DNA of 64,000 bases. Origin: a virus. Its lineage: Duplodnaviria > Heunggongvirae > Uroviricota > Caudoviricetes. Where the stretch lies: the IMG/VR virus record IMGVR_UViG_2675903313_000009. The stretch is one strand, 5' to 3'. How positions within the stretch are numbered: position 1 is the stretch's first letter; each line of letters starts with the position of its first letter. Under the pieces are notes generated by a model. It was not told the DNA's origin. It did not search any database and saw nothing but the letters and a program-made list of their open reading frames with translations. Position numbers and translations under genes: made by a program. This document shows positions 1 to 9,181 of this stretch, one piece after another.

Positions 1-1503
1 GTTTCTGGCGCTACGCCGGTAATGCGTGATTCTGAACACTTCTTCTTTGATCTGCCCTCTTTCAGCGAAATGTTGCAGGCATGGACCCGCAGCGGTGCGT
101 TGCAGGAGCAGGTAGCAAACAAAATGCAGGAATGGTTTGAATCCGGCCTGCAACAGTGGGATATCTCCCGCGATGCGCCTTACTTCGGTTTTGAAATTCC
201 GAACGCACCGGGCAAATATTTCTACGTCTGGCTGGACGCACCGATTGGCTACATGGGTTCCTTCAAGAATCTGTGCGACAAACGCGGCGACACTACCAGC
301 TTCGACGAATACTGGAAGAAAGACTCCACCGCCGAGCTGTACCACTTCATCGGTAAAGATATCGTTTACTTCCACAGCCTGTTCTGGCCTGCCATGCTGG
401 AAGGCAGCAACTTCCGCAAGCCGACCAACCTGTTTGTTCATGGCTATGTGACGGTGAACGGCGCAAAGATGTCCAAGTCTCGCGGCACCTTTATTAAAGC
501 CAGCACCTGGCTGAATCATTTTGACGCTGACAGCCTGCGTTACTACTACACTGCGAAACTCTCTTCGCGCATTGATGATATCGATCTCAACCTGGAGGAT
601 TTCGTTCAGCGCGTGAATGCCGATATCGTGAACAAAGTGGTGAATCTGGCGTCCCGTAACGCGGGCTTTATCAATAAGCGTTTTGACGGTGTGCTGGCAG
701 GCGAACTGGCTGACCCGCAACTGTACAAAACCTTTACTGATGCCGCTGAAGTGATTGGTGAAGCATGGGAAAGCCGCGAATTTGGTAAAGCGATTCGTGA
801 AATCATGGCGCTGGCTGATCTGGCTAACCGCTATGTCGATGAACAGGCTCCGTGGGTGGTGGCGAAGCAGGAAGGACGCGATGCCGATCTGCAGGCGATT
901 TGCTCTATGGGCATTAACCTGTTCCGCGTGCTGATGACGTACCTGAAACCGGTACTGCCGAAACTGACTGAACGTGCAGAAGCATTCCTGAATACAGAAC
1001 TGACCTGGGATGGTATCCAGCAACCGCTGCTGGGCCATAAAGTGAATCCGTTCAAGGCACTGTATAACCGTATCGATATGAAACAGGTGGAAGCACTGGT
1101 GGAAGCATCCAAAGAAGAAGTGAAAGCCACAGCTGCACCGGTAACTGGCCCACTGGCTGACGACCCGATTCAGGAAACCATCACCTTTGACGACTTCGCC
1201 AAAGTTGACCTGCGTGTGGCGCTGATTGAAAACGCGGAGTTTGTCGAAGGTTCTGACAAACTGCTGCGCCTGACGCTGGATCTCGGTGGTGAAAAACGCA
1301 ATGTCTTCTCCGGCATTCGTTCTGCTTATCCAGACCCACAGGCACTGATTGGTCGTCACACCATTATGGTGGCTAACCTGGCTCCGCGTAAAATGCGCTT
1401 CGGTATCTCCGAAGGCATGGTGATGGCTGCTGGCCCTGGCGGGAAAGATATCTTCCTGTTAAGCCCGGATGTCGGTGCTAAACCTGGCCACCAGGTTAAG
1501 TAA
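1..1503 (+). CDS. metG: Methionyl-tRNA synthetase, C-terminal portion (5' end outside window); includes C-terminal tRNA-binding domain
   Basis: Frame open from position 1; translation matches enterobacterial MetRS C-terminal region from memory; followed by hairpin terminator. Confidence 0.95.
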   Translation, partial: VSGATPVMRDSEHFFFDLPSFSEMLQAWTRSGALQEQVANKMQEWFESGLQQWDISRDAPYFGFEIPNAPGKYFYVWLDAPIGYMGSFKNLCDKRGDTTSFDEYWKKDSTAELYHFIGKDIVYFHSLFWPAMLEGSNFRKPTNLFVHGYVTVNGAKMSKSRGTFIKASTWLNHFDADSLRYYYTAKLSSRIDDIDLNLEDFVQRVNADIVNKVVNLASRNAGFINKRFDGVLAGELADPQLYKTFTDAAEVIGEAWESREFGKAIREIMALADLANRYVDEQAPWVVAKQEGRDADLQAICSMGINLFRVLMTYLKPVLPKLTERAEAFLNTELTWDGIQQPLLGHKVNPFKALYNRIDMKQVEALVEASKEEVKATAAPVTGPLADDPIQETITFDDFAKVDLRVALIENAEFVEGSDKLLRLTLDLGGEKRNVFSGIRSAYPDPQALIGRHTIMVANLAPRKMRFGISEGMVMAAGPGGKDIFLLSPDVGAKPGHQVK

Positions 1504-1524
1504 TTAAGCAACCATTCTTCACAA

Positions 1525-1549
1525 TGCCCAGCAATACGCTGGGCATTTT
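1525..1549 (+). terminator. Rho-independent terminator after metG
   Basis: Stem tgcccagc/gctgggca with 5-nt loop followed by TTTTC. Confidence 0.85.
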
Positions 1550-1586
1550 CATATAGACACAACCCCTTCTGACTTTAACAAACCCT

Positions 1587-1601
1587 AAAACAATTTGTTT
1601 T
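1587..1601 (+). promoter_or_regulatory. Early operator motif copy (AAAACAAnTTGTTT palindrome)
   Basis: aaaacaatttgtttt; one of about 10 near-identical palindromes in 5' leaders. Confidence 0.5.
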
Positions 1602-1636
1602 CTACCTTTTGTTAATTGAGATAATAAGCCACATAA

Positions 1637-1652
1637 GAAAACAAATTGTTTC
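1637..1652 (+). promoter_or_regulatory. Early operator motif copy
   Basis: gaaaacaaattgtttc, 12 nt upstream of ATG 1665. Confidence 0.5.
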
Positions 1653-1664
1653 GGAGTGGTTGAA

Positions 1665-1964
1665 ATGTTGAACATTACCCAAGCCTACCAGGTGGCATTG
1701 ATCAGTTCATCTCATACATCAGAGGAAGATGCTCGCCGATTCATGATCGCAAGCAATGAGCTGGATTGGGTTTCACAAATTGATGGCGGTTGTATTGTCC
1801 ACGCCGGGTTACAGGATGATGTCTGGAAAGACGACTTGCGTCGATATGGTATATCCGAAGGCGCGATTGCTAACATTCAGAAAGTACTTGATGTAGGCTT
1901 TGACTCTGTACATTTTGATTGTGGTGCACCGGTCGTTGAAGGGCTAGAGTGCTGGCAATGGTAA
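1665..1964 (+). CDS. Hypothetical early protein, acidic
   Basis: ORF with GGAG RBS; preceded by operator motif. Confidence 0.5.
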   Translation: MLNITQAYQVALISSSHTSEEDARRFMIASNELDWVSQIDGGCIVHAGLQDDVWKDDLRRYGISEGAIANIQKVLDVGFDSVHFDCGAPVVEGLECWQW

Positions 1965-2000
1965 TCCGGCAATCGCTTCATACTAGACAACGGAGAATTT

Positions 2001-2186
2001 ATGCTTAAAGAAGACTCATATCTACTAAAGGCGCTTGAAATGCGTGGCGTTGAACCTACAGTGAAAAACGCTCACGATATCTACCTTCAGTTTTCACCGG
2101 AGCTGAAACGGTTCATAAATCAATACGGGGTTAATGACTCAAGTGTTAAAGCAATGATAGATGATGAATTAGACCATCTCATCTAA
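2001..2186 (+). CDS. Hypothetical small protein
   Basis: 61-aa ORF with GGAG RBS. Confidence 0.4.
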   Translation: MLKEDSYLLKALEMRGVEPTVKNAHDIYLQFSPELKRFINQYGVNDSSVKAMIDDELDHLI

Positions 2187-2338
2187 TCGTTTCCTATGAT
2201 AATGGTTTTCACTTTGAGATTGTTATTTTTCATAGCTAAAGCTGATGTTTGTGGAAGGTGGATTGATAAACGGATGCGTATTTAGGTTATACAAGTGAGA
2301 AAATTGATAATATATAAACGCGATTTTTATGTGATGGA

Positions 2339-2908
2339 ATGGATGTGATGGAAACCCAGAACCAACAAACAAAACCTCTGAATAACATTTATGCGTGGAT
2401 TCTAGCGTTCATGCCTTTCTTCTTTGGAGTATCGCCGGAAGAGTATACCAATTACGCTATTATAATTGGGGGTGTAACTACCATCGGTTTGTTAGTAGCT
2501 GACAGAATGGCTCTATCGGAGTCTGGCTGTGAACCACCTTCAATTCTATGGGGGGTATTCCTCCTGCCTGTCTATCTCTGGAAGCGCGCGACTATTACAA
2601 AAGGCAGCAGAGTGCCATTTATCATAATCGTTGCGTCGCTGGCTTGGATTATCTTCATCGGCATCCCACACAAGGACGAGGTTGCTCTTGAAGAAGCAGC
2701 CTGCCCTCTCGTGACAACTATTCTGAAAGAGAATAACGGTTCGACTGCACCAAAATGTATGAAGGTGACAATAGAGGACAAGGTGACGGATAAGTTCTAT
2801 AGAGCAACGGCTACACTAGACAATGGTAATGACATTAACATTACTCTGGAACTTACCGGCGACAGGAACTTCTACGTCCGTGTTCCAAATGTTTATCTGA
2901 ACAACTAA
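2339..2908 (+). CDS. Predicted membrane protein, unknown function
   Basis: Several hydrophobic segments in N-terminal half; start codon uncertain. Confidence 0.5.
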   Translation: MDVMETQNQQTKPLNNIYAWILAFMPFFFGVSPEEYTNYAIIIGGVTTIGLLVADRMALSESGCEPPSILWGVFLLPVYLWKRATITKGSRVPFIIIVASLAWIIFIGIPHKDEVALEEAACPLVTTILKENNGSTAPKCMKVTIEDKVTDKFYRATATLDNGNDINITLELTGDRNFYVRVPNVYLNN

Positions 2909-2999
2909 CGGTTGTAACTTATTGATAATGGCGGTCACAATTTGATTCTTTTCTATAAGAATCCGTTGATCGCCACTACTCCCCTACCATACCCGCAAT

Positions 3000-3780
3000 C
3001 ACATCCTTAAATATCAATAAGTTATAGTTGTTTATACAATCAAGAAAACAACTGAATAACAGATCAACGAAACATCAACGCTTTCACCCGATTTGGTCTA
3101 AAAAATTGACGTTTTCACACATCACTTCTTATACCCGTAACTCTACGCAGCAGACAGCGCCACAGCGTCCAATTTTCACCACAGACGACCCAACACACTA
3201 CCAATAAAAACACACGCTCAAAATCGCTCCCGTTGCGTTACACAACCATATAAACAACTTATTTTCAGGCATAACAAAACAACTAAATAACACAAATGCC
3301 ATTCCCAAAAACAACCAACCTCTTTATGGCAGGCTACCGAAAAGACCCACCTCTTCTCCCCAGGCTACCGGACAACCAACCTAACTTTCACAGGCAATCC
3401 GAAAACATTCATACGCGCGATACCCACGACACGCCATTACCCAAACAGCGAAGAAACACCAGAATCACTGAAACCCCAACGAAGCCTGTAACCGCAAGGT
3501 TTCTCTCAATCCCAAAAGACACGAAACATAACAATCACGGGAAACGCCATTACCCAATACACGAATAACTACAAAAGCCTTTCACACACTCCAGACAAAC
3601 AACTCAAACACAATAACGAAAGGAATCGCCCACCTGCCATTACTCCATACACGGAGAAGAACAATCACCAAAACGACGAGAACACCCCATAGAAGAACCA
3701 CCGCAAAACGAACGAAACCACAGACACCGACAGAGAAAACAACACACCCAATTCACCAACAGAAATAGTCGCCGTATAGA
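3000..3780 (+). other. CA-rich, G- and T-poor non-coding tract (candidate long non-coding transcript)
   Basis: About 780 bp with strong A+C excess on + strand; only a low-complexity ORF without RBS; internal degenerate repeats (caaccaacct..ggctaccg). Confidence 0.4.
3106..3134 (+). promoter_or_regulatory. Candidate sigma70-type promoter reading into the CA-rich tract
   Basis: TTGACG, 17-nt spacer, TTATAC. Confidence 0.35.
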
Positions 3781-3892
3781 ACGTTCTGGAAGGAGTGAGC
3801 ATTAACGCCTATAGAGAGGTTGAGACAGATAAAACACGAAGAAAACACAACATGTATAGCGAACAAGACAGGTATGTATAAGTGGGGAGGGA

Positions 3893-3916
3893 AGGAGGGG
3901 TGTCGCCTCCTTTTTC
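3893..3916 (+). terminator. Rho-independent terminator at end of CA-rich tract
   Basis: Stem aggagg/cctcct with 7-nt loop then TTTTT. Confidence 0.7.
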
Positions 3917-3980
3917 GTATTTATTCAACTCCTGATTTTCATCCCCCGTAACACCCCTACGGTCAGCCTTCGGTCCATAC

Positions 3981-4120
3981 AGGGAAAAGGCTGCATCCCG
4001 CTACAGAAACGGCTGGGTTGCCTTCGGGGAACGGCTGGAGGTTTTCAGGGAAACGGTCGAGTTGCCTATGTGGATTTCGGGAAAAGGCTCGATGCCGGTT
4101 CAGGAACGGTGGCGTACCGG
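3981..4120. repeat. Direct-repeat array A: about 6 units of ~21 bp with core GGGAAACGGC
   Basis: Units agggaaaaggctg / agaaacggctgg / ggggaacggctgg / agggaaacggtcg / gggaaaaggctcg / aggaacggtgg at about two helical-turn spacing. Confidence 0.6.
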
Positions 4121-4445
4121 TATAGCGAGAGGGAGAGTTGCGGCTACCCACCTGTAATGTGCGGGAAGAAGAGAGGCGCTCACGTGCAGGCAGACTAACT
4201 TACCGTTGGACTCCCTTTGAATGCCCAACTACAGCGTAATTGTGCCAGAGAGTCAGCGGGTCACAATCGATTTCAGTAGGTTTTCGGGGAGAGGATTATT
4301 CTGCTCACCAGCCACTTTCGGCCACTAAATCAGAATAATGTAAAAAGTGTACTCGGTACTAAACCTGAAAACTCACTGCCAAAACCACATTCACCGGAAT
4401 AAAATCCTTTTTCGCCTGTGCGTTATTGCGATAATAACACCATCA

Positions 4446-4466
4446 AGAAAACATGTTGTTTAAGGA
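4446..4466 (+). promoter_or_regulatory. Early operator motif copy
   Basis: agaaaacatgttgtttaagga, immediately upstream of ATG 4474. Confidence 0.5.
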
Positions 4467-4473
4467 TTGCTTT

Positions 4474-4803
4474 ATGTTTGCAAATATCGACATCAACCAA
4501 ATCAAGAAAATGACTCAAAAAGAGTTTGACCAGTTTTATGAGTTAGAAGGTTGGTCTTCCACGCTGATCAATTCGCGCTGGGTGCTTGAGCTGATGACTC
4601 GTGATGATGCTCCTGCTTTGATTATTTGCGACCTGGGTGATGATGCTGACTTTATGGATATGAGCGAATTTTGTGTGGACACATACAACCGCAGCCAGAA
4701 GTACTACTTCACATGCGATAGCGAGAATGACGTTATTTCTAAGGTCTATCTTCACCTTGTCCAGCATTGGGACGTTCAGGAGTTTCTTGAAGTATTCGAG
4801 TAA
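4474..4803 (+). CDS. Hypothetical small acidic protein
   Basis: ORF with AAGGA RBS; Asp/Glu-rich. Confidence 0.5.
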   Translation: MFANIDINQIKKMTQKEFDQFYELEGWSSTLINSRWVLELMTRDDAPALIICDLGDDADFMDMSEFCVDTYNRSQKYYFTCDSENDVISKVYLHLVQHWDVQEFLEVFE

Positions 4804-4928
4804 CCCCAACCAAAGCCAGCATTGCTGGCTTAATTTCTCTATAGCCGCAGGGAAGAACCTGCATATCGCTCATGCACCTGATCAATATGCTTTGTAGCCG
4901 TTTTCTTACTGGTATTATTTACGCCATT

Positions 4929-4950
4929 GAGAAAACAAGTTGTTTACGGA
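4929..4950 (+). promoter_or_regulatory. Early operator motif copy
   Basis: gagaaaacaagttgtttacgga upstream of ATG 4957. Confidence 0.5.
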
Positions 4951-4956
4951 GTTGTA

Positions 4957-5268
4957 ATGAAAAAATCATTGGTTCTTGGTCTGGACAAAGACCAGAAGAA
5001 AAAAGAGAAGCCTGCGCTGGTTGCTCAATTAACTTTGCTGGACATCGTTGCCAATGGAACCTCTATTCGTCTGTTCCGTGAAACAGCGGTGTCTTTCGAT
5101 AAAAACACCTTTACTCGTTATGTAATGAATGTTCGTCGCCAGCGTGGAAAAGGCTGGGTGGCATTTCAAAGAATGTGGCCGGAACATCAGCTCGAACTGG
5201 CTTTGATGGAAGTTAACCGCGTGGCCCAGCAAGAAATTCAGAGAGCATCAGTGATGGCAATAGCCTGA
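4957..5268 (+). CDS. Hypothetical small basic protein
   Basis: ORF with RBS; followed by terminator. Confidence 0.5.
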   Translation: MKKSLVLGLDKDQKKKEKPALVAQLTLLDIVANGTSIRLFRETAVSFDKNTFTRYVMNVRRQRGKGWVAFQRMWPEHQLELALMEVNRVAQQEIQRASVMAIA

Positions 5269-5302
5269 TAATGTGCAAGTGGTAATTAGTCGACCGTACG
5301 AC

Positions 5303-5331
5303 AGCCCCGCCATCCTTACGGGGCTTTTTTT
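5303..5331 (+). terminator. Rho-independent terminator
   Basis: Stem agccccg/cggggct followed by T7. Confidence 0.85.
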
Positions 5332-5336
5332 GTATT

Positions 5337-5352
5337 GTAAGTACATACTTAC
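5337..5352. promoter_or_regulatory. Palindromic TAAGTA..TACTTA motif copy
   Basis: gtaagtacatacttac, perfect palindrome. Confidence 0.4.
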
Positions 5353-5395
5353 GATCATAGAATAGAAAAATAACCAATACACTACGGAGAGTGAA

Positions 5396-5791
5396 ATGAC
5401 CGTTAAACGCGAAAAACTGACAGTTGATGTTTACTATGCCTCTGAAACCGCCGAAGGTAAGAATGTGGCAAAAATCACCGTTGTTACGTACAACACCGAA
5501 ACTGGTGCCGAAGTCCAGGCCAGTACGATCGTGCGTAAAGGTGATGCCTCCGGCGGCGAGTACGCGACTCAATACCAGTCCATTCTCGATGCAACTGACC
5601 CGCTGCTGCTGAAAATCGAGAACTACTTCCGCCAGGTTGATGAAGAGGTGTTTGAAACCATGATGAATATGGTTAACACCGTATTCGCCTCCAGCCTGAA
5701 TACCAACACTACCTGGATTGGTCAGTACGGCCTGCGCATTACCTCTGGCATTCCTGCCGACACCTTAATCCCTGAAAGCGTATTCGCTTAA
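5396..5791 (+). CDS. Hypothetical protein
   Basis: 131-aa ORF with GGAGAG RBS. Confidence 0.5.
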   Translation: MTVKREKLTVDVYYASETAEGKNVAKITVVTYNTETGAEVQASTIVRKGDASGGEYATQYQSILDATDPLLLKIENYFRQVDEEVFETMMNMVNTVFASSLNTNTTWIGQYGLRITSGIPADTLIPESVFA

Positions 5792-5835
5792 TCCTCTTTA
5801 AATGGCGCGTAAACCGCGCCATTTTATTAAGCCCG

Positions 5836-5856
5836 ATAACAATTTGTTTTCTGCCT
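5836..5856 (+). promoter_or_regulatory. Early operator motif copy
   Basis: gataacaatttgttttctgcc. Confidence 0.5.
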
Positions 5857-5908
5857 TATCTGATTTGTGAAAATGATTTCACTGAAGCAAGTTAATAAGG
5901 AAACCATC

Positions 5909-6283
5909 ATGGGACTTGATATCTATATCGAGACACAGCCTAAAAACGATCTGAATAACGAGGCATCCAGAAAGCAGGTTGCTTACTTCCGTAAGTTCAA
6001 TGCGCTCGTTGGGTGGATGGAGCGCAACGTAGGTGAAGTCGAAAATTGTGAGCTTTTAGAATTAACGATGAATGACATTTGTTTTCTGAAGGCTCATTTG
6101 ATGCACATAAACGAAAGTAATTGCGAAGAGTACTTGCCTACCCGGGAAGGTTTTTTCTTCGGCAGTCAGGAGTACGATGAAGGTTACTGGCATGATGTGG
6201 GGCAGTTGAAAGAGCTTGTGGAAGATCTGATTAAGAACCACGACTTTCACAATAACAGACTGACCTTCTGCGCCTGGTGGTAA
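5909..6283 (+). CDS. Hypothetical acidic protein
   Basis: ORF with TAAGGAAA RBS; start chosen at ATG 5909 rather than upstream GTG. Confidence 0.5.
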   Translation: MGLDIYIETQPKNDLNNEASRKQVAYFRKFNALVGWMERNVGEVENCELLELTMNDICFLKAHLMHINESNCEEYLPTREGFFFGSQEYDEGYWHDVGQLKELVEDLIKNHDFHNNRLTFCAWW

Positions 6284-6285
6284 AT

Positions 6286-6429
6286 ATGGGCGATTTCAAG
6301 AAACGCCTGAAGGAAAGAGCCGAGATGGTCAGAAAGCAAAACGCCTCTTCTGTCATCAGATACGCAAGGCAGTTTAGTCGCAACAACAAATCAGTTGAGG
6401 AAAAGATCCTTAGCGTAATCGGTCGATAA
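6286..6429 (+). CDS. Possible small basic protein (47 aa), translationally coupled
   Basis: ATG 3 nt after upstream stop; below ORF-track size cutoff. Confidence 0.3.
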   Translation: MGDFKKRLKERAEMVRKQNASSVIRYARQFSRNNKSVEEKILSVIGR

Positions 6430-6434
6430 TTATT

Positions 6435-6458
6435 AAGGCCATCAATGCTGGTGGCCTT
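6435..6458 (+). terminator. Hairpin, possible terminator
   Basis: Stem aaggcca/tggcctt; weak T tract. Confidence 0.4.
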
Positions 6459-6483
6459 AAATGACCATCCTGTTTCCCGCAGG

Positions 6484-6560
6484 CTAAAAACACCAACCTC
6501 TTACCTCCAGGCAACCGACAAACCCACCTGTTCCCGTCCGGCTACCGCAACTTTCCACTT
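6484..6560 (+). repeat. Second copy of CA-rich element (about 75% similar to 3312..3395)
   Basis: caccaacctctt..ggctaccg..ctttccac shared with the large CA-rich tract. Confidence 0.45.
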
Positions 6561-6596
6561 TGACGCCTTATTCGTACAACGATAATTAACACCAAC

Positions 6597-6620
6597 AAGA
6601 AAACAATTTGTTATTTACGA
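6597..6620 (+). promoter_or_regulatory. Early operator motif copy
   Basis: caagaaaacaatttgttatttacga upstream of ATG 6634. Confidence 0.5.
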
Positions 6621-6633
6621 TAAGGAATTAATC

Positions 6634-7116
6634 ATGAATTTTATCGCTACTGTAAACGCACCCGCACATGGCAATATCGCTGTAACGTTCTCTGACATTG
6701 AAAAACGAGTACTTGGTGCATGGCGCGACAATGAGACGGTAGAACTGTCAGCACAAGAAAAATGCATTATTGCACGCGACATCATTGGCAATCGTCGTTA
6801 CTCGCGGGTATTTGAGAAAGCGTATGTGGTAAATTCTGGATTCGGAACGTTCGTCTTTCCGGTGCGCTCCGGGCGATTCTGCCAGTCCAAGCTGATTGAG
6901 TTCGCTACGCAGATTTCTGTCTGGATTAAAACTCAATCGTCGTTCAAATTTTCCGACGATGAAGCAGTATCGCAGGGGATGCGGATCGCCAACAATGCGA
7001 TTAAATGCAAAAACATTACGTATACCGCTGGCGTTGATACATGGAAACTGTTTTGCGCTAACTTTATGCTGAATGTATACGCAAGCAACCGCATCCACAT
7101 CCTTGATGGCGTGTAA
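6634..7116 (+). CDS. Hypothetical protein
   Basis: 160-aa ORF with TAAGGAA RBS. Confidence 0.55.
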   Translation: MNFIATVNAPAHGNIAVTFSDIEKRVLGAWRDNETVELSAQEKCIIARDIIGNRRYSRVFEKAYVVNSGFGTFVFPVRSGRFCQSKLIEFATQISVWIKTQSSFKFSDDEAVSQGMRIANNAIKCKNITYTAGVDTWKLFCANFMLNVYASNRIHILDGV

Positions 7117-7124
7117 CTGAGAAG

Positions 7125-7147
7125 AGGGCCAGAAACGGCCCTTTCTC
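7125..7147 (+). terminator. Hairpin terminator after 6634..7116
   Basis: Stem agggcc/ggccct then TTCTCT. Confidence 0.5.
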
Positions 7148-7255
7148 TATAGCCACCAGCTGCCGCAGGGAAATTTTCAGAAACGGCGAGGAACGTATTC
7201 ATGAGCCGACGGGGAACGGCCAGGATTTTTTCGGGAAACGGCTGCATTCGCCTTT
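7128..7255. repeat. Direct-repeat array B: about 4 units with core G(G)AAACGGC
   Basis: cagaaacggcc / cagaaacggcg / ggggaacggcc / gggaaacggctg; same core as array A. Confidence 0.55.
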
Positions 7256-7660
7256 GTGTAGAAAAAACATCGGGAAGCTGGTGGAATCCAACCAGCGGTT
7301 GTCGGACAGGTGAGCGGGGAAAATTATGATGACTTTCGTCACCTGAGACATCCAGATTTCTTTCGTGGCATAATCACATACGTGATTAAGTGGTGTGATT
7401 ATGTGAAAAATCACGCGCACATAATACGCGAGCGGATACAGAACAAAACAAAATGCCGATCCGCACCGACAAATAAACGCGGATCACATAGCAAGACTAA
7501 AAGCCAATGATTAACCATACTCTATAGCGCAATATAACGCGTTTTAAGCGCGTTAATGTGTTAAGTAATGGGCATGTACTGGTAAGGATATAAAAGCGCG
7601 TCTATGGCGTTATTTTGGCGCTTATTTTTATGTTGTTGGAGTGAGTTAAAGACAATAAAA

Positions 7661-7680
7661 ACGCGCCATCATTGGCGCGT
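7661..7680. promoter_or_regulatory. GC-core palindrome acgcgcca..tggcgcgt
   Basis: 20-bp inverted repeat in AT-rich intergenic region. Confidence 0.3.
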
Positions 7681-7707
7681 TATGGTGGGAGTATTGGAAA
7701 CGAAAAA

Positions 7708-7726
7708 AGCGCCCATAGTGGGCGCT
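7708..7726 (-). terminator. 19-bp palindrome agcgcccatagtgggcgct with flanking A/T runs (copy 1); likely bidirectional terminator
   Basis: Perfect inverted repeat directly downstream of minus-strand gene 7732..7962. Confidence 0.55.
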
Positions 7727-7731
7727 CGATT

Positions 7732-7962
7732 TTATTTGTGTAAACTGATTTTAAATCCCATTTCTACAAACGCTTTTAGCATTAAAAATATATCAGCGTC
7801 GTTCACGTCTGCTTTTTTTCGCTCCTGGTCGCTCAATAAGTCAATTTTGTGCGTCGTTTCATCTATAAGCTCGACTGCGCGCCCAGCGTAACCAGCGATC
7901 CCAGCGATGCGATTAACATAATATTCATTATGGACGTTAACGCCAGCGATAAGAACAAACAT
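7732..7962 (-). CDS. Hypothetical small protein
   Basis: 76-aa ORF in AT-rich minus-strand block. Confidence 0.4.
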   Translation of the reverse strand: MFVLIAGVNVHNEYYVNRIAGIAGYAGRAVELIDETTHKIDLLSDQERKKADVNDADIFLMLKAFVEMGFKISLHK

Positions 7963-7983
7963 GATTAAGCTCCTTAAAAAAAA

Positions 7984-8187
7984 TTAAATAGAATTTTGAA
8001 GTTTTCCGATTAATGCGCTTAAACGTAAGTATTCACGTTTGCGCTTGCAATCTCGCTTGCTGTTAAGCAAATCAGAAAACGTAAAATTTAATTGGTCGCG
8101 TTGCGCGATTAAATCATCGATTAATTCCAGTTTATAAGCGCGATACTTTGCGCGATATTCCGCGCGGATCTTGTCATAGCTGACCAT
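7984..8187 (-). CDS. Hypothetical small basic protein
   Basis: ORF with GGAG RBS before ATG at 8187; Lys/Arg-rich. Confidence 0.4.
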   Translation of the reverse strand: MVSYDKIRAEYRAKYRAYKLELIDDLIAQRDQLNFTFSDLLNSKRDCKRKREYLRLSALIGKLQNSI

Positions 8188-8204
8188 TTTTAAAGCTCCT
8201 TTAA

Positions 8205-8223
8205 AGCGCCCATAGTGGGCGCT
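8205..8223. promoter_or_regulatory. 19-bp palindrome agcgcccatagtgggcgct (copy 2)
   Basis: Identical to 7708..7726; lies between two minus-strand genes. Confidence 0.4.
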
Positions 8224-8235
8224 TGATTCCATTAA

Positions 8236-8895
8236 TTACGCTTTGAAAGCATCAGCTAAATAATTGTAGAAATCATTTTTAATGAAGCGATATTGCTGAG
8301 TACCAGCTTTCGCGCTCCCAGCTCCTTTGACTTTTTCAACAAGTCCAAGACGTTCGCAAAGATTGATCAACTGGTTGGCTTGAGTATAGCCAGCGTCCAA
8401 TTTAATTTCACACGCTTTTTTAGCTTCATTCATTAAATCGAAAACAGCGCCATTGGTGAACGTGTCGATCTCGTCGTTAATCATATCGATTAAAGCGAAT
8501 ACACGAGATCCTGACATATCAGCGATGGAATAAACGCATTTACCAGATTTAATTGATTTAACCAGATAAACCAGTTTTTCCAGAGAATAACTATTAGTCA
8601 TTGCATCACGGAAAAATACTTCTGGCGCTTGTTTGCTTGCTTTAATCGCATAGTAGAAAACAGAGCATAATTTTTCGTCTTCTACAGCGTTTACAACGTT
8701 GTTGATGAAGTAAGCAAGTTTCGTGGTCGCAGCTTGCATATTTGCTTTGTCTGTTTTAGTGTGCGTACCATTTTTATAATGTTCGTTATATGTTTGAGTC
8801 GCCAGATCTGCTTTTTCGCGCAGCTCGTCGGATACAATAGATGCAGCTTCAATGATGGACTTTTTAGAAATGATAACGTTAGCCATGATGGACAT
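8236..8895 (-). CDS. Hypothetical protein
   Basis: 219-aa ORF, AT-rich. Confidence 0.55.
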   Translation of the reverse strand: MSIMANVIISKKSIIEAASIVSDELREKADLATQTYNEHYKNGTHTKTDKANMQAATTKLAYFINNVVNAVEDEKLCSVFYYAIKASKQAPEVFFRDAMTNSYSLEKLVYLVKSIKSGKCVYSIADMSGSRVFALIDMINDEIDTFTNGAVFDLMNEAKKACEIKLDAGYTQANQLINLCERLGLVEKVKGAGSAKAGTQQYRFIKNDFYNYLADAFKA

Positions 8896-9140
8896 CCTTA
8901 CGAAAAATTAAAATGAATTTATTTTTTACTGTCGTTAGCTAGCTCGCTTTCGACGAGTTCAATTATCGATACGTGAAAAAAGATTGCAAGTATTTTTTTT
9001 AAATTTTTTGCAGGGATGAAAGCCCTAGAAATAAAAGCGAGATCGTCGAAGGTGTTCCCTAAATAAATAATCAATTCGGGCCTTTAACCTTATATATTTA
9101 TACAGAGTGGCATTGAAAGAGTTTTAAATGAATGGCATGT

Positions 9141-9168
9141 AAAATAATAACCGGGCTTAGCCGGTTAT
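9141..9168 (-). terminator. Rho-independent terminator (minus strand) after 9182..9706
   Basis: Stem aaccgg/ccggtt followed by T-run on minus strand. Confidence 0.65.
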
Positions 9169-9181
9169 TACCCTTATAGAT

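Noticed and set aside
137-1562. Antisense and alternative-frame ORFs within metG
   Set aside because: Fully embedded in a conserved housekeeping gene and lacking translation signals.
3296-3568. 90-aa ORF inside the CA-rich tract
   Set aside because: Low-complexity Pro/Thr/Lys-rich translation, no ribosome-binding site, and its composition just mirrors the CA-rich DNA; treated as non-coding.
3981-4120. Possible CRISPR array
   Set aside because: Repeat units are degenerate, about 21 bp with no uniform repeat-spacer periodicity, and no cas genes are present; direct-repeat binding sites fit better.
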